A DNA stretch of 64,000 bases, taken from contig JAQFVV010000003.1 of NCBI GenBank assembly GCA_028023455.1, forward strand, positions 5,890,001 to 5,954,000, read 5' to 3'. The notes beneath the pieces were generated by a model. The model searched no databases and was not told where the DNA came from. It saw only the letters and a program-made list of their open reading frames with translations. Origin of the DNA: Epiperipatus broadwayi (lineage: Eukaryota; Animalia; Onychophora). The number at the start of each line of letters is the position of its first letter. The first letter of the stretch is position 1. Position numbers and translations under genes: made by a program. Positions 1-11,931 of this stretch are shown here, in pieces.

Positions 1-1899
1 ATCCACTATAGATAATCAAATATCAAACTTCAAGATTTGTCTATCACAAATAATTATATAGACAAATAGTTTGCACAAAAAATATTTTAGGTAAATGTAC
101 TTTTTTTTATTTATATGAGGACCTAAAGAGTAAATTTTGAGAGGTTAAATATTTTATGGAAACCTTACCGATCCTTTTAAAAGTGCATATGCTAATCACC
201 CCTCCCCCTTTATTAATATTTCTCTCATTCTGTTAAATCATTTTTTTTCTGAAGGCATGTTTAATATGTATTTTTCTATTTTTATAATTGTGAATCTCTT
301 TATTTAATATTAAAGTATGGTATAATTAAATAAATCATTATAGCATATTTTTGGTTAAATTGAATATATTTATACATATTTACCACTGGTTAGTATTGAC
401 TACTAATCATAAATAAATTACTTTAATCCTCAAGTTAACAGAGTAAATGGTAAATCAAATATAGATGGAAACATTTGTTTTTCATCCTTATATTTCATAT
501 ATGTAATTTGATAGTCATTCTTTTCTGTAATAATCATTTTTTCCCCATAATTTTTTAGTGATTTGTTAGTAAATTCTGTTTTCATATAAAATTAGTAGCA
601 TTCTTTATTCATTTTAATATATTCTATCTGTAATATATATGTGTTATTATAAGGTTATATGTCTGATTGTTATTTTTATGGTTTGATACTTTGTAGTAAC
701 CTGGTTATGAGTATGAATATAATTAAAGTAATTCTAATATTCATTAATGTTCTAAAATTCCAGGAATTTCATAGGAAACTATGAAATGGCAGCAATGAAA
801 TAAATTTTGTCTTATTTAAAATAAAATTTGTGTTTTACCAAATAAACTAATTATGATCAGTTATGTGATTATCCAAAATTACTCTTGATATAAACATCAA
901 TGTTGATGTACTTGGCAATTAATCCATTGCATAAAATTAGTGCATCTTTGTGTACTAGATATAGAGATATAATATCTACTTATATTATCTGTTACAATAT
1001 GTTAAATAAACTAAAATTTCAAAGAATACATGGTAGAAGGAAGATTTAAGTATGCTTAAAAAAAGATAATGCACATGAAAAAAGAGGGATGGAAATGGTT
1101 TACTACGTGCTTATGTTTTTATAAAAACATATATACAGTATTCATTTTTTATTGTGTTGCAAGATTATATCTAAGCTATTAATAATGTGACAATTTTTAG
1201 CACAATAAATGAATAATAATAATCATTAGTATATTTATTAAAAGTAGATGATGTTAAAGTTGTAAGTTCAGCTCATTTCATATTTGTAGATCAAAGGTCA
1301 AATAATATTTTAACATGAAAAACAATGATATAAATCTTTGTCTTACATCCAGCAATTTAAATTTGGCATCAACTACAAAAAACCTCAATGTATGTTCACA
1401 CTTTTCTAATCACAAAAGTTGGACACAACATTAAAATAAGAGATTAAACCATGTCTTTTACATACTGCATATTTTTAAGCAAGAAAGAATATACATCCAA
1501 ATAACTCAGAGATATTGCTGTAAAATTTATTAAACTGTATCCAGATCTTTTATGGCTAGAAAATGCATTAATCATTGCCAATCATCCTGATCTTGTTTAT
1601 TTCTTAAATTAGTAAAAACTCCTTATGCATTTACAAATTAATGCAATGAAAGCCTCATGAGGCATTGTGCTTTGGCCCTCTGAAGTCCAGATATAGACTT
1701 GGTCTTAATGTAATTTAGTAAAATCCTGAAATATATTTTTATGGGCTCATAGGTTTAACAAATCTGAATTGCCTTAATTAGGTATATTATTCTTCACGTG
1801 TTGATTATCATCATGTATTGAAATTTGCACAGTTTCATTTTCCCTCTTCTAACATTAAGGATAGATTTGTCTTGTTTCCTATCATAATTATTTTACGAC

Positions 1900-2700
1900 T
1901 ACATTTACCTCATTTACGTATATTTAAGATTATAAAGTATTCCATATAGTATATTGGAAATTGTATGAATAGCCAGAATGCTAACCATGTGATCGCTAAT
2001 CAATGCCAACTTGATTCGCACCGAAGTGTGTATAAAGGATTTTTTAAAATTATTTGAACTATTATAGTGTATTATTAATGATTACTATCGATAATGATTT
2101 AATATTTTAATAACAAAATATTACCGAAGATAAGCTAAGTCATCATACCACGTTTGCCTTAGTATACGTCTATTACATCTAAATAAAACAGTCTGTAGTT
2201 TCTTTATTTTCTGCTGCATTAACTTTAACCCGATAATCATATGACACTTGCTAGAATGAAAACTATCTTGTAGCAATCACTTTTTATTTTCCATTAGAGT
2301 ATATTCCGAGTCAAACTAGAAGAGTTAATCAAAGAGTTGAACAATTGTGAAATTTAACAAGAGAATAATTTATAAAGCTGTCAAAGTTTGAAACATTTTC
2401 CAACTAAACTCCCAAGGAATAACCATTGAAATAAATTTTCAAAACTAGGTAAATTGTACTAATTTGTTAACTTTAGAAAAACAGCTGTAACATGTAACTT
2501 AAAAATCTCTATTATGGTTATCAAAATATAAAGTACAAAATTGCTACTAATAATAAATTTAAAAAAAATCTGTGAGTGCATCAATTTAAAATCCTTTATT
2601 CTCGGTAAGCTACCTTGCATATTTTTAACCGGTTTTTAATGACATAAGCCGTTTCATTGATTATGCTCAAAAAGATATTAGAATAAATCAAGGAAGTGGC
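1900..2700. promoter_or_regulatory. CpG-retaining, promoter-like island with divergent splice donors
   Basis: Local cluster of CpGs in a CpG-poor background; minus-strand donor TCG|GTAATA (exon end 2125) and plus-strand donor TCG|GTAAGC (exon end 2604). No coding frame could be assembled. Confidence 0.35.
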
Positions 2701-5483
2701 AAATAATGGCAAACTGCCATTGATGATGATCAAGTAGTATCGTATCAATTGGCTAGAAATCTTATTGACTAGCTATTACTTCATCTACTTTTAAGACAAA
2801 AAAATATGACATATACAAAAAGAACAGCTATCAATGACGCACTGCCATAGATGATGAACAAGAATTATCAGTCAGATGTAGTATTTTACTTGTTTTTCTA
2901 CCTGAATTGAGTAGAAAACCTAACACATATACATAGATAATAAAAGCATATAGTGTAGAAGTTAGACTAGCTTGCTATGTCTATGACTTGGTGGTTATGT
3001 ACAGAGTACAATTTGAAAATTTTTTAAAATAGAGAAAAATTCCCCAAAATAGTTTTTTTTTTTTACTGATAGTCAACCCATAATCAAACCCTCTAACTCT
3101 ACAATCTTGAATGTATGTGTCTATATTTTCAACTAGAAATTATGCAACTTTAATTCCAAATGCACTGATCTTGTCTATTCTTTGGAACATATTAGTAGTT
3201 TGAAAACAGATAATGCAACTTGCACAAAATATTGATTGATACCTTGACCAGTAATGTCATTATAGTTTGCAAGACTCTAGAAAAAAAAAAATCAATATTA
3301 TTGAAAACATCTAATTACAAATACAGGATCTTGTTTCACACTTTATGCACCACTTAGACATGAAGTGAAAATAAAATTATTTTGGGGTAGGGAGAATGTT
3401 AAGAATAATGTGCTGATAATTAAATATTAATAAAATAAAGACTTGTATGTTCATTGTGAAGTACAATTATTTCATAAAATTTACTTTTTTTTATTCTGCA
3501 AATGATTAATTATAATTATAATTTGAAGTATCATATTTTATGTTATCTACATACAATAAAAGCTCTTAGATTTTATTTTATTAATTTTAATTTGAAAAAT
3601 AAACAAAAACAATTTCTGTTATATGTAAATACATAATATACAAATTTGATGATAAATTCAACCAATGTAAAATGCTTTAAAACATAAAACATTGTGACTA
3701 ATAAATATAAAATTTATTTGTTTAGAACTAAACAAACTATTATTATATAATTTACAGTGAATCTATAATATATATATATATAGTATATAATGCACTACTT
3801 CAGTTATACACTACATCAAAAAAATGTAAACAAACAAAAAAATGTAAATAAACAAAAAATAGAAACACTGAAATTCATAAAATTAATACATTTTATGGTA
3901 TAACAACAGCCATTTTTCTATTCTACACAATCACATTTATTAATATTTATTTAGGTACAAAAAAGCACATTTTATGATTTGTGTGATACAATATTTCATG
4001 TAATGAAATGTTTTCTAAGTATAAAGCTAAAAGTTTTATAAAATTTAAGAACAGTCATAAAATATTTTTCTCAAGCAATAAAATGAAAACTAGAATTATA
4101 GAACAGGAAAAACATATACAAAACATTATTGAATTGAATCAGAAAGCTTAATGTATGAAGAATTTAACTAAAAATTTAAAAAATGGCAAGTAGATATAAC
4201 TTTATAGTTCTGAGGATGATATGGACTTAAAAACAATTATGAGCCCATATTTGTTGATTACAAGACTGCTATAGAATTTCTATAGGAGGAAAAAGTTATT
4301 GAAGAAAAAAGATATTATAATAAAAGTTTAACACTTCACTATTCATTTTAACTTAAATAGTTCATCATCAACTACATTTCTTCAGAATTCTCTAATTCAC
4401 TTTCTTGTGGCTATCTATAGCACTATTTTTCCAATTTTGCTTTCATTTAATAGCAAAAACTAGAATTAAAATTTATAATGATTTATTAACTAAAAAAATC
4501 TGCAAAAGTAAATATTTTGTGGCTAAATGAGCCAATAATGCTATTGATTGGTAGATTCTATATTCTCAGGCTTTGAGAAGACTTATAAGAGTACTTGAAT
4601 TTTTCCTTTGTTACTTTGGGGGAAAATGTATATTTTCTGTAATTTATTTACATATTTGTGATTATTTTTCAAAAATATTTGTGAAATATTTTTAGACCAA
4701 AAATAATTATAATTATAGCTTGATTTTATTTGAAAAAGTTTATTTTTAGATAACAACTGAAGTGAAATTGTAATTATGGTAAAGCAGTAGTTATATATAA
4801 TTTTCTGAAAAATTAATGTTTCCATAAATAATAAAACAATTTTTTGTGATATTTTATCAATTATAAGTGCAATTTTAACTTTTAAAATAGAATTTCATTG
4901 ATTCATGATGTCTTACAATAATTCATTATATGTTAGAAATGGAGGACAAATGAGAAAAGGATCATAACTGGCTATGAATATGAGAAATACATCTTCATGA
5001 AAGCGCTTAGCCATTTAATTTAGTTTTCAATTTGTTGTTATAGCTTTACGTTGGAAGTGTGAAAGCACGATTTATTATTATATTGGTCAAATGTAAAGTA
5101 TAAATATACAGGTTATTACTTAATCTTATATGTGTATACTTATTTTCTAAACATTCCAAACTGAAATATTATCTTTTAGAATGTTTTTCATTTATAAACT
5201 TATATTTGAAATAAATAAGATAAAGATTAAAATAAAGATTAAAAAAATAAAGATATAAAATACTTAGTTTTTATTATTTTTATTTTTTGAATGAATGTGA
5301 ATAAATAAATTCACATAATAAATAAATATGTATATATACTTCTTCAGTTTATTATTAATAAGTACATTATTATTATTATAGGGATTTGAACCCAGACTTT
5401 CAAGCTCCCTTTAGTCATTCACTCTATCTTATTATACAAATGATAGCACATATCCATATACATCCAAAAAAGATAAATAATGT

Positions 5484-5525
5484 CCAATATACATATTTTG
5501 TACTGAGCCAGAACTCATCACTTGA
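5484..5525 (-). ncRNA. Degenerate minimal type I hammerhead ribozyme
   Basis: Minus strand: caa-GTGATGA-Gttctggctcagtac-AAAA-tatgta-ta-ttgg; C3 and G12 of the core are mutated. Confidence 0.5.
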
Positions 5526-5723
5526 TATAGATCATTGTCTCCCATACATATATATAATCAGTACTCAATTTATATTAAGATAGAAAACCTTCAAACTTTA
5601 ATGGATATGCTTCAATCTTCTCCATTCTCCAACTCTTCAGTCATCCATATCATTGAAAATCTGATGATATGTTCAAAGCACCAAGCACTGATTATATATG
5701 TGTATAGGAGATGATGATCTGGA

Positions 5724-5797
5724 CCAACTGATGAGTGCTGGTTCAGTATGAAATATATATATATATATATGGTTCAGTATGAAATATATATATTGAA
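5724..5797 (+). ncRNA. Minimal type I hammerhead ribozyme with intact core nucleotides
   Basis: CCAA-CTGATGA-GTGCT(ggttc)AGTAT-GAAA-(TA)n; a local duplication (ggttcagtatgaaatatata, second copy from 5771) separates the core from the TTGAAGATC stem I partner. Confidence 0.6.
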
Positions 5798-6057
5798 GAT
5801 CATTTATCTTTTTTGCATGTATGTGATTGTGTGTGTTGGTTATATAAGATGAAATGGATGACTAAAGAAGCTAAAAGTCTGGTTTAAATCTCCCTTAATT
5901 ACATCTAATTTAAAGTACATACACTATACATGTATTTAAATATTATCAATATTATATTGTTGTTGTTGTTATTATTATTAGAATTATTTTAATTTTGTTT
6001 ATACTATAATCTTAATTTATATATGTATACTATGAATACAAAAAGCATTTGATATAT

Positions 6058-6326
6058 ATATATAAAATACATATTTTGCGGGTTCATCCGTGTTAAAAAC
6101 TTTTAATATTAATATACTGACGTTTTGACTTGGTCACACAAGCTATCCACAGAGTTATTTTTAAAAATTTCCTCCCCGTAGAAGTTAATAATGTTAAAAC
6201 GAAGATTTGCACGGGTTAAATATATAAAATACATATTTTGTGGGTTCATCCATGTTAAAAACTTTTAATATTAATATACTGATGTTTCGACTTGGTCACA
6301 CAAGCCATCCAAATCTTCGTTTTAAC
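6058..6326 (-). repeat. 162-bp-period tandem repeat (about 1.6 units) with a short inverted tail, one HHR per unit
   Basis: 6058-6148 is repeated at 6220-6310 with few substitutions, mostly CpG transitions; 6311-6326 (aaatcttcgttttaac) is the reverse complement of gttaaaacgaagattt inside the unit. Confidence 0.85.
6114..6158 (-). ncRNA. Penelope-type minimal hammerhead variant (degenerate)
   Basis: Minus strand: ataact-CTGTGGA-T-agcttg(tgtgac)caagtc-AAAA-CG-TC-agtat; the second unit keeps ggcttg/caagtc-GAAA but is truncated before CTGA. Confidence 0.55.
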
Positions 6327-6345
6327 ATATATATATATATATATA

Positions 6346-6807
6346 TATTATAGAGCTCACAAAACAAACTCTTAACAAGCTTTGTAGAATACCCTCATCC
6401 TCAGACCAGTATCTGCTACTGACATCCTCAGTGAGGTGCTAGGATATTCAATCATTAGATTAAAAATACTAGGACAAACCCAGCACTTTATCTAATGTAT
6501 AACTATTAAGTAGAAACTCTGAAATTTTCAGACATCCATATTTCTTCCAATCCAACTATATGGGGTTAACAATAATATATGGTGTATCTGAACTTAGTTC
6601 AGTCCCATATGGCTATTTAAGTTATATGCATGTCTGAAAATTTCAGAGTTTCTACTTAATAGTTAAATGCTGGGCTTGTCTTAGTATTTTTAATCTAATG
6701 ATTGAATATCCTAGCACCTCACTGAGGACACCAGTAGCAGAAACCATTTTGAGGTTGGGGGTATTCTACAAAGCTTGTTAAGAGTTTGTTTTGCAAGTTC
6801 TATAATA
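6346..6807. mobile_element. Long foldback element (about 190-bp arms, about 80-bp spacer)
   Basis: Arm 6346-6541 is the reverse complement of 6624-6807 over its length with scattered mismatches and one indel; no coding capacity; a partial homolog lies at 11203-11297. Confidence 0.9.
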
Positions 6808-7281
6808 ACATTTGTAAACACAAGCTATATTAAATTAAGTCATGTGACATCTTCCTTGATTTTTTTTTAACATATCTATAAATATATAAATATATGAAAA
6901 GTACTAAGCACTTTCAAATCAGCTTAATAATATGTATTCTACTGGAATTAAAGTTTATCAACAAAACACAAACTATTATATGCAATGTTCTTGAAAGAGA
7001 CCTTGAAACAAAATATACTGGATATTATACTCCAATGTGATCATTTTCAAAATCCTTAATTTCCATTAGAAAATTATATTTTCATTTGCATTTCACAATT
7101 CTGTTGATTCAATTTCTATGACAATTACACTTATATCATTTTACAAATATGGAAATATCTAAGTGCAGATCCAAGGCAAGGATACTTCCTTGCTTGGTGT
7201 TAAGAGTGATACTGACTTGATACAATTAAGATATCATTCTTTTAGCATAATTAATATACAAACCAATTCTGCAAACTTTTC

Positions 7282-7292
7282 CACACACACAT

Positions 7293-7345
<53 letters not shown>
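7282..7345. repeat. (CA)n(TA)n compound microsatellite
   Basis: Direct reading of the sequence. Confidence 0.95.
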
Positions 7346-7347
<2 letters not shown>

Positions 7348-8409
7348 AGCAAAAGATCGTGTAAATTTCTTAATTATATTCAACATATGCTTTTAGAAAC
7401 AGTAATGTATCATTTTACAGTTCTCTACAGCTATCTATTGTAAGCTTCAAAAACATTAAACCCTAGATAATAGTGTTACAATCCATATTTCCAGATCAGT
7501 TTCTGGGTAATGTCTTTATTAAATAAAACCTTTGAAATACTTGCATCTATACAAATATACAACTATTTATACTTAATATACATACAACTAAATTAAAATT
7601 TAAAATAATGAGCTATTTTTAATAACTCTATACAATATCACCAATAAATTTTCCAGTCAAAAACTTTCAAATTATTGTATAACAATAAAATTCAGTTATT
7701 CCATTGTTTAGGATATTTATTTTTGAGTCCATAAAACTTGTCTTCAACTGGTTATGAATAATTGTCAAACTCTTCCATCATAATGATAACTTTTCAATTT
7801 TACAAATATCAAACAAAATCTAATTTGATTTTAGTGATCTTAAGTAATTTCAAGTCGGCCTTAAATATATTTATTGAAGTATAGCAAATTTAATATTTAA
7901 AAAATGTGTCTTGATATAATCCTATTTTATAATCTTGATATTTATATGGTTGATAGATTATTAGTTATGACATGGAAGTATGGCAATTACTGATATCCAG
8001 ATGAAGACTACTGTTACAAGTTCAAGAACAACTGCTATAAGAGTCTTTGACTGAATTTTTATGTTCTATAGTAATTTTTATGTTTGATTGGCAAATTCAT
8101 TGGCTAGATTGTTTAGTTGTTAATAATAATTTGTTAATTATTCTAGAATATCAAGTTAATAGCTAAAATACACAAATATCTTAAATTGTTCAAAAACTTA
8201 AATCTCAAAATCTTTTTAAATATTAGGTTATTAAAACCTTAAAAGTATAAACAAACTAAAGAGTTTCTAAATATATAAACACAATCCTATACCTTCTCTC
8301 ATAAAACTAATCTAATGATATGGATAAAATATCAGTATCTAGTCTCCATTGATTATTTAAAATGACAATAAATGATTCTGGAATTTAAAAAATAGAGTGA
8401 ACTACTTAC

Positions 8410-8430
8410 TGCTCTTAAAAGCATATATAT
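8410..8430 (-). other. Candidate 21-nt micro-exon (IYMLLRA in phase 0)
   Basis: Acceptor ttctttatttAG and donor GTAAGT flank an open 21-nt segment; no homology recognised. Confidence 0.2.
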
Positions 8431-8934
8431 CTAAATAAAGAATATATTCAATTTAAAACTTAAATCAGTATTTACTAATTTTCAAACTGTGATTAAAAAA
8501 TGTTTTAAACTCATAATTTACATTTAAAATTTTAAGACTATTATATAATCGTCTTCTAAAATGTTATTAAATGTAAAATCTGTTTAAAATATAATTAAAT
8601 TTGTATATTTTAATTCTGATTTCTTTTGATGCTTTTAAAATTTTAATTTCTAAAAACAACACTCTTTTATTAGACACAAAGAACTTTTCTTGCAGTAAAG
8701 CTAAAATAAAATTTAATTAATTATGAAAATTACATAATTTCTTTGTATCTTTTTTTTAAAAAAGTTGCATGTTCCATATTACTATTTATTATTTAAAATA
8801 ACTTTTGTGTTATAATAACAGAAACACACTCATACATACTACATTTTATACAGTATTTATACTAAATATGTTAAATGCCCATTAAATGGAAATACAATCA
8901 ATTCCTAATGAGTTATATGATATTTACTTTAACT

Positions 8935-9060
8935 TGTATAAATATATACATATCTTTTCTACATGTGTGTGGTCATGTATATCAGTAGTATGAGATAGTT
9001 TGAATAGCTGAAGGTTGCTTGAAAGTCTGAGTTCAAATCCCCTACATCTACAATTAAATT
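8935..9060 (+). repeat. Partial, older copy of the distal arm of the 5378-5896 family
   Basis: Shares tatctttt..catgtgtgtgg and cttgaaagtctgagttcaaatccc with the 5378 family. Confidence 0.45.
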
Positions 9061-10041
9061 CCAGGTATAAGAATGCCTGCATTTCAAATCTTATAAATAT
9101 ATACATGCAAATTATCATTAGACATTAATAATCCTGACCTCCACAAACTCAAATTATATTTTTAAAATAATGGTTCAAAAACATTTTTGATTTCATAATT
9201 TCATCTTAGATCTATATTTTTTTTAATCCTTTTTGTCACTTAGCATATTTCAATAAAGTACTGCATAATCTATCTTTTGCTTGCATAAAATCTATATTTG
9301 ATAGCAGTAATTGATTTTCCTTACATAACTCTATTCACAAGATATCAGTGGATAACTAATAATAGTGCCCAGGATAATTTTAGATTTTGGATGCTTTAAC
9401 TAGAAAATATAGTCTTGTCACTGAATATGGTCATTCAGAAACAATTTCTATTCAAGCTAATAAACTAAAAATATTGAATTCAATGATATGGGCATTTAGG
9501 TTTTCAATTGGCACTCTATCAATAAACTTAGTTGTTGTTTTTTTTCTCTTTTTTTCTATTGTTCAACTCATCCTTATTAAAGTTAATTAGTACATCATTA
9601 ATACTATTCATTCTTTAGTGAAAATACATTTATGTCTTCATTTGTTTTTATTGTTTAAAAATTCATATTTTTTTTGCTAATCCATTAGTTTAAATAAATA
9701 AAAACAATAATGCTACAACAATTGAAAATAGTCCATTGAAAAATAAAAACCTGCCTAGAAGAGTTGAGATATAAGTAATAAAATACAGTATATGGTTTTC
9801 TAAATGTAACAGCTTTATTTGTTCAAAGATAATACTAAAATTACAAATAAATAAATACTGTGTATTTAGTTGATAAGAAGGTCAAATGAATGCTTGAGCA
9901 TCAAAGATTGATTTAGGAACTGATTTAAGAGCTTTTAATTCTCCAATCTATTATTATGCTAAACTTCACATGATATACTCAGATTATCAATTACTTGATT
10001 TAATTCTGCCAATATTAACTTCTATAAATGATATCACAGTA

Positions 10042-10175
10042 GCAAAATTCTTCATACAGTAGTGCCAATCAATGCAAGCCAGTCTAATCAGTGGATGCAG
10101 GAAGGTTTGTGCATAAAATCCCTATATAGTGTCTATTGATCCAATATCCCCAGACTAGTTTCTAGCTTGTGGCTT
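10042..10175 (+). repeat. Dispersed ~135-bp repeat family (copy 1)
   Basis: Reverse complement of 50688-50822; its 5' part also forms the hairpin at 42633-42743. Confidence 0.7.
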
Positions 10176-11202
10176 TTATCAGTGAGAAATGGTGATCATG
10201 TGATGTTTGATGGTTAAATGATATCAGTTAGTGAAATGTCCTGAACAGTTTAACTCAATGATGAAAGTGGCAAAGTTATCAGTTAAAGATTCCTAGATTG
10301 AGTTTCAACTGATGAAAACAAGACTCAGTTTTATCAATTAAGAGTAAAACTGTTCTCAGGCTATCATTTTAATGCTAATGTTGCTCAATTTGCTTAACAA
10401 CTAACCATATGATAAATAAAATAAAATAGTTGGTCTAAACAATTTTCTTATGCAAACTTCAACCTCTTTTCTTTATTTTTATGCCTTAAATTCTTTTTCA
10501 AGCAAGTTGGTGTTGACTATACTAAATAATTGTAATCAATAGTGCATTAATTGAAAAAAGTTCAAAACTGATGATGAGCATTCAGTACAGTTAAAACATA
10601 TCTCAATTTTTAAAAAAACTCACAAGAACAAAAGAGAGAGGATAAAGACAATGAAAAGAGAATAAAAGTTGTTTAATTTAAAAAAAAAGGAGAAAAAATA
10701 CAAAACAAAAAAAGAATAAAATTTATTTAATAATACTACAAACAGACAAAAAAAAATTATTTATCAATAAAAAAAATGAAAAGATGGTTAAATTATGATA
10801 AATCATTATTCTTGAGACAATGAAGAGTGGACTAAAGGTTTATCATTTGATTTAAATAGTAACATGTCTACTTCCTCTATTGTTGTTTCAAGCAATTTTA
10901 ATTTTCTGTTACATTCTTGATGACTTTACATAATTTTGTTATTTAAAATATCTGCAAATTGCTTAGTTATGTGCATTAATGATGATGATCTCTTTCTTCC
11001 ACATGCACATATTCATTAAATCAATAGATGCTGGATGACAGTATCAACTTTCATCCCTAATATAGTTAATGATCTTCATTTAGACTGGAAAATTTTTTTA
11101 GTACTACACACACCTTGTGATTAATTTTTTTACTCAATAATTGTAATAATAACTTGAAAATTTTACCAACTTGAGATTTTCAACTAATTAAAAGTGCCAA
11201 AG

Positions 11203-11297
11203 AATGAAACCATTGGTCTGAGGATTTGGGGAGGGTTTCTAGATAAAGATTTTTAAATGCTTTCTTTTTGTAGCATTTATCAATAAAGCTTGTTAGA
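11203..11297 (+). repeat. Partial homolog of the 6346-6807 foldback arm
   Basis: gaaaccatt-ggtctgaggat...ggg..ttcta and aaagcttgtta.gag match the arm, separated by an insertion. Confidence 0.4.
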
Positions 11298-11892
11298 GCA
11301 ATTAGCACTGCTCATTATTAACTCAAGTGTTTATCTATGTAGCTCAAAAATAAGATAAAAAGTTATATTTGTCAATAATATGGATGTATATATTATATAT
11401 TTCCTAGAAATATATATATATATATTGTACATGTGGTCTTACATCCCACTAAGAACCATTAAACACCATTAGCTAGCTACTTCAATCCCAATACCCACAA
11501 TAACAACATTCTCTACATATAATATAAAGCAAGTTATATGTATAAAGAAAATACACTTCAAATAAAATGTATTCCCAAAAGATGAAAATGTTCACAAGCA
11601 TTGTAGTTGAAAAACATTTAATTGTTGCTATAATTAACATTTAACAAATGTGTGATAAAATACATAATCCAGACTAAACTGTAAAACTTAAATATTGACA
11701 TTTACCATTATTATAAAAACCTTTCTTTAATTATTGTTTAATGTACACACATTATAACAATATAAGAAAAATATGGTTAAATTTAGACACAAGTAATAAA
11801 GGGAAAAAAATTATTGTTATTAAACCACTACATATATATAAATCGTAACACATGATGTAAATAATTAACTCAATGTATGAACTCGAACTTAC

Positions 11893-11931
11893 CACTTGAA
11901 AGAGACAAATTAACATAAAAAAGAACATCAT
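11893..11931 (-). other. Candidate first coding exon, hydrophobic MMFFFMLICLFQV followed by a consensus donor
   Basis: GTG|GTAAGT donor at 11892, local CpG retention; no downstream protein could be assembled. Confidence 0.2.

Larger units (their letters stand above)
5378..5896. mobile_element. Head-to-head (foldback) pair of a non-autonomous HHR-bearing repeat
   Basis: Arms 5378-5565 and 5684-5896 are reverse complements (e.g. ccagaactcatcacttg...ataatcagtact vs agcactgattat...caactgatgagtgctgg); left arm plus spacer recur colinearly at 20450-20731; each arm has an HHR core and a distal B-box-like GGTTCAAATCCC. Confidence 0.75.

Noticed and set aside
10304-10397. Open frame STDENKTQFYQLRVKLFSGYHFNANVAQFA* with an internal acceptor
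   Set aside because: Not recognised as any family and no compatible upstream exon was found; a BLASTX search would be needed.
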